DNA of 64,000 nt, from the IMG/VR virus record IMGVR_UViG_3300010938_000951, positions 186,001-250,000 of that record. One strand, written 5' to 3'. The notes under the pieces were generated by a model that saw only the letters and a program-made list of their open reading frames with translations, did no database searches and was not told where the DNA came from. How positions within the stretch are numbered: the stretch's first letter is position 1; each line of letters starts with the position of its first letter. Made by a program: the position numbers and the translations under genes. Positions 35,893-44,436 of the stretch are shown here, one piece after another.

Positions 35893-36612
35893 ATGAGTAC
35901 ATTCGGTGAAGTATCTTGGAATGATGATGTGTTCCCAGGCGATAACAAGAAGCAAACAAACAGCAAAGACCTCTTTCTTCGTTTAGATGAGGGTCCGAAC
36001 GAAATCCGTATTCTGACCCAGCCACACCAGTACTTGGTACACAAGTACAAGAAAGAAGGTGACAACGGTTTCGGACAGAAAGTTCAGTGCTCCGCAATCC
36101 ACGGAAGCTGCCCTCTCTGTGCGGATGGCGATAAGGCCAAGCCACGTTGGTTGTTAGGTGTCATTAGTCGTAAGACTAACACCTACAAGATTTTGGATAT
36201 CTCTTTCGCTGTGTTTTCACAGATTAGAAAGTATAACAAGAATCCAAGATTTGGTGATCCAACCAAATATGACATCAACATTGAAGTTGATAAGAACGGT
36301 GGTGCCACTGGATATTACAGTGTTCAAGCCTTACCAAAGGAACCACTATCAGCCGCTGACCAAGTAATTAAGGACAGCATTGATTTTGATGACCTGAAGC
36401 GCAGAGTCACTCCTCCTACCCCTGAAAAAGTTCAGGCTAGATTGGACAAGATCAATGGTGTAACGACCAACGGTGCACCAGCTCCTTCCGCATCGGCCCC
36501 AGCCGCTGCTAAGAAAAGCACCAAGGCTGCCGCTCCAGCCGTCAGCATGACTGATGATGAGGAACTAGATAAGTCCTTTCCTAACTATGAAGGTGACGAA
36601 GCTCAGTCCTAA
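35893..36612 (+). CDS. single-stranded DNA-binding protein, T4 gp32-like
   Basis: FLRL..G.N.IRIL, H..C..CPLC zinc site, GDP..YDI.I and an acidic C-tail; GGAG SD before ATG 35893. Confidence 0.8.
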   Translation: MSTFGEVSWNDDVFPGDNKKQTNSKDLFLRLDEGPNEIRILTQPHQYLVHKYKKEGDNGFGQKVQCSAIHGSCPLCADGDKAKPRWLLGVISRKTNTYKILDISFAVFSQIRKYNKNPRFGDPTKYDINIEVDKNGGATGYYSVQALPKEPLSAADQVIKDSIDFDDLKRRVTPPTPEKVQARLDKINGVTTNGAPAPSASAPAAAKKSTKAAAPAVSMTDDEELDKSFPNYEGDEAQS

Positions 36613-36635
36613 ATCTATCACTCCCTAGATAGTCA

Positions 36636-36675
36636 AAAGGCCCATAACCTATTTGGTTATGGGCCTTTCTGTTTT
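36636..36675 (+). terminator. intrinsic terminator after ssb
   Basis: AAAGGCCCATAACC-tattt-GGTTATGGGCCTTT (14-bp perfect stem) followed by a T-rich run. Confidence 0.85.
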
Positions 36676-36679
36676 ATTT

Positions 36680-36686
36680 GATATAT
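36680..36686 (+). promoter_or_regulatory. motif A TGATATAT(T)
   Basis: Immediately after the terminator and exactly 8 nt before ruvC ATG 36695; no usable SD. Confidence 0.55.
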
Positions 36687-36694
36687 TACCAGGT

Positions 36695-37267
36695 ATGGTT
36701 AAAACGGTCTTAGGATTCGACGCATCGAGTACGACTATTGGTTATTCTATATTAAGTTGGGACGAAACAACAAATAATATAGCCTTTGTCAAAGCCGGCT
36801 ACATTAAACCAAAGAAGACAGGATCTATTATTGAAAGAATAGTAGATACTAGAAATCAGGTTCAAAAAGTTATTGTTGATGCTAAACCTGATTATATTTC
36901 AATTGAAGAGATTATTCAATTTATGAAAGGCAAAAGCACAGCAAAAACTATTATTATGTTGACTACATTTAATAGGATGATTTGTTTAACGGCTTATGAT
37001 TATCTTGGTAAAGAACCTACTCTTTATAGTGTTATGACTATTCGTCATGGATTAAAGACCACCAAAGATTTACCAAAAAAAGAAGATATGCCGGCCCTTG
37101 TCGCCCAACATTTAGGAATTACGTTTCCCTACGAGTATAATAAGAAGGGCGGCATTAAAATCGAAAGCTATGACAAAGCTGACGGTGTTGCAGTGGCCCT
37201 TTATCACGCATTGGCCTTATCGGGCAAGGTGAAATCTAAAGGAAAGTCTAAAGGCAAGAAGAAATGA
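36695..37267 (+). CDS. ruvC: RuvC-like Holliday junction resolvase
   Basis: VLGFDASS..GY, ISIEE and DKADG.AVA. Confidence 0.85.
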   Translation: MVKTVLGFDASSTTIGYSILSWDETTNNIAFVKAGYIKPKKTGSIIERIVDTRNQVQKVIVDAKPDYISIEEIIQFMKGKSTAKTIIMLTTFNRMICLTAYDYLGKEPTLYSVMTIRHGLKTTKDLPKKEDMPALVAQHLGITFPYEYNKKGGIKIESYDKADGVAVALYHALALSGKVKSKGKSKGKKK

Positions 37268-38193
37268 ATTTAAAGGAAGCCTACGCAATTTTAGAATTGT
37301 CTCCCGGTGCCACGCCAGAGGAAGTCAAGAAGAAGTACCGAGAACTTACTAAAAAATATCACCCTGACATAAATAAAGAGCCGGGAGCAGAAGAGAAGTT
37401 CAAGAAAATTAATGAAGCTCATGAAGTTGTCAAGACTGGTAAAAGTACTGATTTACAGGATCGTATGCCAAGACAGGGAGGGTTTCATCGTCAACAGCAA
37501 TTCATTCAATTAGAAAATGTTGAAATGTTTACAACTATTTCTTTCAAGGAATCTGTTTTAGGTTGTAAGAAAGAGATTAAATATGATCGTCAAACCAAAT
37601 GCCAAAATTGTAATGGTCAAGGTGAAATAAGACTCCATAATGGCTGCAAAAAATGTGGTGGGCGAGGGCAGATTACTACTCGGCAAGGAAATATGATAGT
37701 TATGACCACTTGTGATGAGTGTTATGGTCGTTCTAATGTATCAACCTGTGATGTATGTAGTGGTAATGGTACCGTCCAGGCGCACGCATCTGTGCACGTG
37801 TCTATACCTGCGGGTATTGTAAATGGCAATACATTGCGATTGCAGGGTATGGGAAATTTTGCCGGCTCTTTTATGGGTCTAGCTGATCAATATACAGATG
37901 CATTTTTGCATGTAGCAGTTACTCCAGAGCCTGGATTATCTTTAGATGGGCAAAATGTAATAAGTACGCTTACTATTTCGTTATTAGATGCATTGCGTGG
38001 CTGTAAACGTATGGTGAAAACCATTCATGGTGAAAAAGAAATTCAAATTAAACCGCAATCCAGAAATCATGATGAGGTAATTATTCCTCATCATGGGGTA
38101 AATAATATGGGTAATCAAAAGGTTATTTTGGATGTAGAATACCCTAAGAATACTGATAAATTGATTAGTGTTCTATTAGATGAGGTAGTATAA
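37264..38193 (+). CDS. dnaJ: DnaJ (type I-like: J domain, four Cys repeats, C-terminal domain; G/F region short)
   Basis: YHPD, CQNCNGQG, CKKCGGRG, CDEC and CDVCSGNG. Confidence 0.93.
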   Translation: MNLKEAYAILELSPGATPEEVKKKYRELTKKYHPDINKEPGAEEKFKKINEAHEVVKTGKSTDLQDRMPRQGGFHRQQQFIQLENVEMFTTISFKESVLGCKKEIKYDRQTKCQNCNGQGEIRLHNGCKKCGGRGQITTRQGNMIVMTTCDECYGRSNVSTCDVCSGNGTVQAHASVHVSIPAGIVNGNTLRLQGMGNFAGSFMGLADQYTDAFLHVAVTPEPGLSLDGQNVISTLTISLLDALRGCKRMVKTIHGEKEIQIKPQSRNHDEVIIPHHGVNNMGNQKVILDVEYPKNTDKLISVLLDEVV

Positions 38194-38555
38194 TGCCACT
38201 TGCATTACATTGTACGAATACGCACATAGATAAATTTGGAAAAAAGAAAACTTGCGGTCAAGTTGAGCCATATATGGATCCAAAGACTGAACAGGTATTT
38301 TGTCCGTTATGCGATAATGAAATGCCGAATGTGACGCATTTTACAAAAGTTACCTTAAAAAATCTTAAACAATTTCGTACTAAACCACAAATTCCATTTG
38401 GCGTTAAGTGCCAAAATTGCGGGAAAGAAGCACAACCACAAATTGTAGGCGACGATATAGTGTGTCCTGGGTGTGCAAAACCTCATTCTCATTTAAGCGA
38501 GCCTTTCAAGCTTATGTTGAAAGATAAGCTACGAACCGTAAATAAAGACGTATAA
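38193..38555 (+). CDS. multi-zinc-ribbon protein
   Basis: CPLC, CQNC and CPGC plus N-terminal Cys residues; coupled to the primase core. Confidence 0.75.
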   Translation: MPLALHCTNTHIDKFGKKKTCGQVEPYMDPKTEQVFCPLCDNEMPNVTHFTKVTLKNLKQFRTKPQIPFGVKCQNCGKEAQPQIVGDDIVCPGCAKPHSHLSEPFKLMLKDKLRTVNKDV

Positions 38556-39319
38556 TGCTGGAAAAGATAGTTGAATCTTGCCGATTTTTGCTAAATAGCT
38601 ATCCGGACGCGCGGCCTAGCAAGTCCTATCTTGATTCGCGCCTTAGTGATAAAAGCCAAGAGCTTTTTCAGTTTGGCTATTTTCCTGGCGTACAAAATAT
38701 GTCGGTGTTAACAGATTTAGTAGGTGAAGAGGCCCTTGCCAAAGAAAAGCTTCTATTTTCTAAGGAAATAGAAGATTCGTTATTTCCACGTAAAGTGCAG
38801 TATTGTTATTTTGAGGATTATCCCTTGGTAATGCCTTTTAAAGATCCTTATGGTAAGGTTGTTGGCCTAGTAGGTAGGACACTTTTGCCCGATAAGGAAC
38901 AAAAGGAAAAGGGAATTTCTAAATACAAAAATACTAAATTTGAAAAGGGTAATTTTCTTTTTGGTCTTTATGAAAACAAACAGTCTATTTTAGACCGGGG
39001 ATTTGTTTATATTGTAGAGGGTCAAATAGATGTAATTAAGGCTTCAGAAGTAGGATTAAGAAATATTGTAGCTTTAGGAAATTCTAATATGACTTCCTAT
39101 CAATTTTCAGTCATTAGCAGATACTCTAATAACATATTTTTGCTATTAGATAATGACGAAGCGGGTCAAAAAGGGAGGAAACGGATCGTTAATAAGTTTG
39201 GGCAATTTGCCAATATTCGTAATTTTTACTTACCTGACGACTACAAAGATATAGATGAATACATCACTAAACGAGGAATTAGTGATCAGGGAGAGCTATC
39301 TTTTGGTGTCAAAGATTGA
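38555..39319 (+). CDS. dnaG: DNA primase catalytic core (no zinc-binding domain, no helicase-binding domain)
   Basis: P..D..G.VVG..GR, KYKNT, LFGL, VEG..DV and toprim LDNDEAG. Confidence 0.92.
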   Translation: MLEKIVESCRFLLNSYPDARPSKSYLDSRLSDKSQELFQFGYFPGVQNMSVLTDLVGEEALAKEKLLFSKEIEDSLFPRKVQYCYFEDYPLVMPFKDPYGKVVGLVGRTLLPDKEQKEKGISKYKNTKFEKGNFLFGLYENKQSILDRGFVYIVEGQIDVIKASEVGLRNIVALGNSNMTSYQFSVISRYSNNIFLLLDNDEAGQKGRKRIVNKFGQFANIRNFYLPDDYKDIDEYITKRGISDQGELSFGVKD

Positions 39320-39351
39320 AATTTCTTAGAAATTTTCATCTTTCCTCTATT

Positions 39352-39358
39352 GATATAT
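39352..39358 (+). promoter_or_regulatory. motif A TGATATAT(T)
   Basis: Intergenic, 35 nt before ATG 39394. Confidence 0.45.
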
Positions 39359-39393
39359 TGTGATTGTATCTTTTCTTTATCTAGGGGTCAAAG

Positions 39394-39834
39394 ATGGAAC
39401 GTAGAAAAAATCGCAGTGACAAATACCAGTGGGTTTTGCTTGAAACAGTTTGTTCAAATGATATGATGGAGGCGTTTTGCAATGAGGATAGTATCTCAGC
39501 AAGACTTAATCCGTTTGAATACAATGAGGACTTAATTGAATTAGAAGAGCAGCTCAAAAAAGAGTTTTGGAGGGTGGTTGATACTTTATTGACTCCAAGA
39601 CAAAGAGAAGTAATTAGACTTTATGCTGATGGCTATACCCAGATGGAGATAGCTAAAATGCTGAATGTAAATCAAAGCAGCATTACAAAAAGCCTTAACG
39701 GAAACGTAGATTATAAGAATGGAAAGAAAATCTATGGCGGGGCTAGAAAGAAAATCCGTAAGATAATTGAAAATGATGAGAAAATCAAGGATATTCTCAG
39801 CAAAATGGCAGAGTGTCGTGATGAAAAGTGGTAA
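39394..39834 (+). CDS. sigma-70 region-4-like HTH protein
   Basis: LTPRQREVIRLY..GYTQMEIAKMLNVNQSSI. Confidence 0.85.
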   Translation: MERRKNRSDKYQWVLLETVCSNDMMEAFCNEDSISARLNPFEYNEDLIELEEQLKKEFWRVVDTLLTPRQREVIRLYADGYTQMEIAKMLNVNQSSITKSLNGNVDYKNGKKIYGGARKKIRKIIENDEKIKDILSKMAECRDEKW

Positions 39835-39887
39835 TATTCTGAAATCTACGTAGTAGGTATATTGCCAATAAAGTACAGAATTAGTAT

Positions 39888-39901
39888 CAATATTACTCTA
39901 T
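39888..39901 (+). promoter_or_regulatory. motif B candidate promoter CAATATT-ACTC-TAT
   Basis: Marks the start of the head module, upstream of ATG 39938. Confidence 0.55.
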
Positions 39902-39937
39902 TTAAGATAGGGTACGTTCTGTTCAACGGGAGACATA

Positions 39938-40402
39938 ATGCCAAAATTTAATATAGATTACTCAGGTTTGGCCAATCAGATTACAAAGAGGGCTTATCGT
40001 CTTTCTGATGTAAAAGATCAGTTAGAAACTGTGGCTTTTGATGTGGTTAGATTTAAGGATGGCGACAAGGGTGCTGAACTTTGGCAAGTTCAAAGCGCAG
40101 ATGATGGAGATTACATCGTTGCCTTATATGATGAAGAAGAGGTTGAAAAAACTGCTTCTGCTAATCCTTGGGGCGTTTACGTTTCTAAGAATGGACATGA
40201 TTTACAAGTTTCTTACAAGGGAGATCCTCTTGTAAGATTTGCTGCTTCCAAGCTTGGAATTCCAAGTTCAGAGCTACATAAGGCTGAACAGTACCTACCA
40301 GAAAAGCTTGCCACAAATAAGAAGCTCGTCAAAGCACTTTTGAGTGAGCTAAGTGAAACAGCTAGACTAGAGGTATCCAAGAGATACCCGGAACTGGTAT
40401 AA
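39938..40402 (+). CDS. hypothetical (putative head-associated) protein
   Basis: GGGAG SD; KRAY and EKTAS sites. Confidence 0.75.
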   Translation: MPKFNIDYSGLANQITKRAYRLSDVKDQLETVAFDVVRFKDGDKGAELWQVQSADDGDYIVALYDEEEVEKTASANPWGVYVSKNGHDLQVSYKGDPLVRFAASKLGIPSSELHKAEQYLPEKLATNKKLVKALLSELSETARLEVSKRYPELV

Positions 40403-40417
40403 TAGAATAGGTGTTCA

Positions 40418-42016
40418 ATGAGCCTTGATAAAATACATCAACTAGTAGGTACCTTAGCTAAAGCAGTAGATGACAATCAGAAGATTGCCACTCCAATTTT
40501 AGCTGCCAAATTAGCAAGATATGTTGAAGCCTATCCTCAAGATAAAACCATCGGCGCAATGTCTCGTGTTATCGACAAGATGGCTAGCAACAATACAAAC
40601 TTTATTCGTAAAGCAGAACTAAAGTCCCTTTACGCAAAACTGTATCAGCATGGCACAAAATTTGCTGAGTTATTTACAGATGAGCTAGGCGAAACAGCCG
40701 AGCCAGAAATTACTACTTATCAACGTGATGAGGCTGTCAAAGCTGTTGATTACCGTGCAGGCGATCAGGTTTTGGCTAATGCATTGGAAAGCGTATTTGA
40801 TAAACATGCTCCGCTTAAGATGTATTCACAGCCGGTAGCTGAAAAAGCTATGAGATCCGTAGGTACTACCTTGGACGCTTGGAACTTGAAACCATCTCAT
40901 TTAACTGTTAGTGATGGTAATGACAAATTTATTGTTATTAAAGCTGATTATGAAACTCCAAAAGGAGTTACATCTTTCTACGTCCCAGTAGAAGTAAATA
41001 AAAATGATGTGGTTGAACCTCAGGTTTTTATGGGCAATACTGGTCCAGAAGATTTGAATCATACAACTATTAAGGCTTATCTAAGACAACAAGCAGGCAC
41101 CAAAACTAAGATTGGAGCTACTGATATTCTAACTGCATTGACACATGCAACTAGCAGTAAGCGTGAAATTTCTGCGGCTGAATTAGCTGTTACCAGAATG
41201 AATGCAGAGCGTGCTGGTCAATCAGAATTTTTCCAAGGACAAGTTGTTGGGTTGAAAGTAGAAGCCGCTCCAAAGAGCGATGTTTCTCTTCCTAAGTCTG
41301 ATGAATTTGTGTCTTTTGAAGATAAGTTTACTACTCCACAAGGGCTTGCTTCTTGGAGATTTGGTGCTGAAAAAGTAGGTACTGCTAAGGCGCATATCTC
41401 TCGTGAACTACAATCCATGGGATTTGCAAATCACCAAGTAGTTATCACTGGCAATGATGAAAATACCATTTTCTGTGGCGTTTCTCTAGATACTGGTAAA
41501 GTTGCTTTTACTGTTCCAGTAAAAGTTGCTAATAACAAGCTACAAAAACCAACTATTATGTTATGTAATGGTTCTATTGCTACATTTGATAGAAAAGGTA
41601 TTAATAGCTTAGTTTCTGAAAATAAAACAGATGTTAAAGTTGCTGCTGTAGCTTCTAATATGGCATCTCTCAAGCCAAGCGAAGTTGTTAATAATTTACG
41701 TCAGGCTTTGGCAGAAGAAAATTATGCAAAGGCAGAAGATGCTCTCAATGTATTAGCTAATGCTGGTGATGAGAAGGCATATGCACTTGCGTTCCAGTTA
41801 TATATGACAGGGTTAGCTGGTGTCAAAACTGCTGAAACTAAGTGCTCTAAGATGATTAAGAGCGCTAATAGTGAATATCCGATCTGTTCGCATACGGGGC
41901 TACCTGTCAACAAGGTATACCAAGATAAGAATGGATATTGTCGCCCATTATATCGTAAAGGTATGGACGAGACTTACGAGGGAGCTTCCTTTATTAACGC
42001 CAAGATTTTCGGGTGA
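40418..42016 (+). CDS. hypothetical (putative head-associated) protein with two similar alpha/beta segments and a C-terminal Cys motif
   Basis: 532 aa; FYVPVEV and FTVPVKV segments; C..CSHTG..C. Confidence 0.8.
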   Translation: MSLDKIHQLVGTLAKAVDDNQKIATPILAAKLARYVEAYPQDKTIGAMSRVIDKMASNNTNFIRKAELKSLYAKLYQHGTKFAELFTDELGETAEPEITTYQRDEAVKAVDYRAGDQVLANALESVFDKHAPLKMYSQPVAEKAMRSVGTTLDAWNLKPSHLTVSDGNDKFIVIKADYETPKGVTSFYVPVEVNKNDVVEPQVFMGNTGPEDLNHTTIKAYLRQQAGTKTKIGATDILTALTHATSSKREISAAELAVTRMNAERAGQSEFFQGQVVGLKVEAAPKSDVSLPKSDEFVSFEDKFTTPQGLASWRFGAEKVGTAKAHISRELQSMGFANHQVVITGNDENTIFCGVSLDTGKVAFTVPVKVANNKLQKPTIMLCNGSIATFDRKGINSLVSENKTDVKVAAVASNMASLKPSEVVNNLRQALAEENYAKAEDALNVLANAGDEKAYALAFQLYMTGLAGVKTAETKCSKMIKSANSEYPICSHTGLPVNKVYQDKNGYCRPLYRKGMDETYEGASFINAKIFG

Positions 42017-42019
42017 CCC

Positions 42020-42847
42020 ATGAGTGTAATTAGGTTGGCAGACCTCTTAGCGCATAAATATGAGCTGGCGTCTGAGGGAGCCGCCTCATTGCAGAGCGTC
42101 ATGCGTGATGTTGAGACTAAGATAAAAGACGCTTACAGAAATTATATTGACCTTAAGACTATTACGTCTAAAGCGTACAATGCTATTCCTATTATGGCTC
42201 ATCAGGGCGAGCCACATAGTCAAAAAATAGTAGGTCATATGCAGATTATTACTGCAAATATTAATGACCTTATCAAGCATCCCGCACGTTTATTTAAAGC
42301 TATTAATAAAGTTTTAGCTCTAATTTCTTCTTTAGACGAAGCCATTAAGAATACTAAAAAGAAGTCACCAGAGCATTTACCAACTCAACAAGTTCTTAAC
42401 GCTACATTAAGTGATTTAAGTAGACTAGAAAATTCATTAAAAAGGTTCTCTTCATTAATGGTAGGCGCTGCTAAATTACTTAAGCCATTTGTTCCGCCTG
42501 ACGAAGAAGGTAAAGGCGCAGAACTTGAAGGTGATGTAGTTGTACCAGAAGCTTTACCATTAACTAAGAATGAAAGAAGACAATTCTTTTTAATGTATCC
42601 AAATGAAGCTGCAGCTTATGGATTTACTGGACCATCTTTGATCGACAATCTAGATATTGTTCTTCAGATTTTGGAAGAGCCCGGAATGTCTAAAGAATTT
42701 GATAAATTTGTTAGAGCAATCAAGCAACAAGAGATACCTAGAAATGGTGCTTTAATTAAGGGATTAGCTGATAAAATTAGACAATTAATAGAGCGCAGAC
42801 AGACTAATGTTTCTGCATTAGAGAACAAACCAACTTTTGAGGAATAA
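42020..42847 (+). CDS. hypothetical helical protein
   Basis: 275-aa ORF in the module. Confidence 0.7.
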   Translation: MSVIRLADLLAHKYELASEGAASLQSVMRDVETKIKDAYRNYIDLKTITSKAYNAIPIMAHQGEPHSQKIVGHMQIITANINDLIKHPARLFKAINKVLALISSLDEAIKNTKKKSPEHLPTQQVLNATLSDLSRLENSLKRFSSLMVGAAKLLKPFVPPDEEGKGAELEGDVVVPEALPLTKNERRQFFLMYPNEAAAYGFTGPSLIDNLDIVLQILEEPGMSKEFDKFVRAIKQQEIPRNGALIKGLADKIRQLIERRQTNVSALENKPTFEE

Positions 42848-42858
42848 GAGGCTACACT

Positions 42859-43572
42859 ATGAGAATTTCTGAACTATTGAATGCAATGGCTTCTTGGCTA
42901 GAAAGCCCAAACAACGAAGCTCTGTTGCTTGCTGAAGCTGATGAAAAGTGCATGCAAGTAGTAGCAGAATCTTGTGTTCTAGCTGCTGCTCTGTTAAAGA
43001 AGGCGGCTGATGAAGTGGATGTTCTTGAGCCACCAAGCGCTTCTGCAATTACTCCAGAGTCAGTAGAAGAGACTGCTGCTTTAGCGCAAGCTTTAGATGA
43101 GTCCGGTGATCCACAACTTAAGAGAGTTGCGTCTGTATTAGATGAGCTTCTTTTAACTATTGCTGCCCCACCAAATGCTTACGCTGAGCGTAAAGATTTA
43201 GTCGATTCAAGAGCAGAAGAAATTAGAAAAAAGTATGAAGGGCCTCGCAAAGATTTGCACAAATATAACCAAATTGAGAAATCAGAAAAGGCCATTGAGA
43301 ACAGTGGTTTTACCAAAGAATATAAAATTCTAGAAGCCCCTCTCAGTTCACGTTACTGCCCAGACCATCCAGGTGCGCAAATTGCACGTGTAGGCGAGCA
43401 CGTATGGCAATGTGAGCTTGATAAAAAAACTTACAATTTTGAAACTGGTTTTGAATTAGCTAATGGCTCAAAGGTTCCTGGTGGAGATGTATCACAACAA
43501 ACTAATGGCTTAGATACTCCATTCCATGCAATCTTTGATACACGTGAGGGAAGACTGGGCTATAACAAGTGA
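42859..43572 (+). CDS. hypothetical protein with helical module and CPDH..C motif
   Basis: GAGG SD; LAQALDESGD; RYCPDHPG..WQCELD. Confidence 0.75.
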   Translation: MRISELLNAMASWLESPNNEALLLAEADEKCMQVVAESCVLAAALLKKAADEVDVLEPPSASAITPESVEETAALAQALDESGDPQLKRVASVLDELLLTIAAPPNAYAERKDLVDSRAEEIRKKYEGPRKDLHKYNQIEKSEKAIENSGFTKEYKILEAPLSSRYCPDHPGAQIARVGEHVWQCELDKKTYNFETGFELANGSKVPGGDVSQQTNGLDTPFHAIFDTREGRLGYNK

Positions 43573-43721
43573 TTGACCAAGAAATTGAAAACTTCACAAA
43601 GGTCATAAGAGAGGTTTTGTTACAGTTAGATCCGGAGGCGGCTCGGCTTTTCTTAGACCGTTTCACGGAGAAATTGAATGAACAAAAACGCACTCAAAAA
43701 AATTCTGGAACATCCAGATAA
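43569..43721 (+). CDS. 50-aa mini-protein not in the ORF track, paralogous to the C-terminus of the next gene
   Basis: GTGA coupling with the previous stop; MIDQEIENFTKVIREVLLQLDPEAARLFLDRFTEKLNEQKRTQKNSGTSR; 17/36 identity. Confidence 0.7.
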   Translation: MIDQEIENFTKVIREVLLQLDPEAARLFLDRFTEKLNEQKRTQKNSGTSR

Positions 43722-44436
43722 AGATGAGATTATTGCTAAATTAGTTTTGGATTATCCTCCAAAAGATATTCATGAATGGCTTGCTGGCAAATATACAAAT
43801 GTCAGTGAAGCTAAATTTGTTGTTGCTGAAAAATCAATTAAAGTATTCAAAGATAACTATCTAGACGTCTATTCCATGATCCGAGAAGACATGATGAAGA
43901 CGAAACAAGCTGTGGCTACCAGCACAGAAGAACAGCTTGAATTAGCTGTTAAAAACAACTCTACTTATAAGAGTAAGATGTTAGAATTAGCTGGTAAAGA
44001 AATAGATGTACGTCAAATGGTTGCCCATTTGTGCATTGCTATCGAAACGCGCTTAGGTCAAGTATTTGATGAAATTCAAGAGGACCCACGCAATATCAAT
44101 ACAAAGATTGATCGTGTTTTGATTGAGTATGGTGAGTTATTAGGGGGCCTTTTGGAAAAATACTATAAATTCACAGAGAACCCGGCAGATATGGTTATCC
44201 AGCACAACGTGACTTTGCAGGCTGTGGATCAGCATATTTCGGTATTTCATGATGTAATCCGAGATGTTTTGTCTCAATTAGATTTGGAAAGCTCTATGTT
44301 ATTTATGGAACTTTTTCAAGCTAAAATGGCTAAGCTAAAGGCTCCAACTCAGGAAAAACCTCTAAATACGGACATGAAATTAGCCGAAGCCAAGCTACTT
44401 AATGAAACAATTAACCAAAAGTTAAACAATCAATAA
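43678..44436 (+). CDS. possible terminase small subunit
   Basis: N-terminal HTH-like segment (HPDKDEI..KL..D..PKDI.EWL), long helices and a C-terminal IQHNVTLQ segment; upstream of TerL. The function is inferred. Confidence 0.5.
   Translation: MNKNALKKILEHPDKDEIIAKLVLDYPPKDIHEWLAGKYTNVSEAKFVVAEKSIKVFKDNYLDVYSMIREDMMKTKQAVATSTEEQLELAVKNNSTYKSKMLELAGKEIDVRQMVAHLCIAIETRLGQVFDEIQEDPRNINTKIDRVLIEYGELLGGLLEKYYKFTENPADMVIQHNVTLQAVDQHISVFHDVIRDVLSQLDLESSMLFMELFQAKMAKLKAPTQEKPLNTDMKLAEAKLLNETINQKLNNQ

Noticed and set aside
39834-39849. 16-nt near-match ATATTCTGAAAT(C/A)TAC to the minus strand of the HNH/TerL junction
   Set aside because: A single AT-rich match with one mismatch, plausible by chance in 64 kb.
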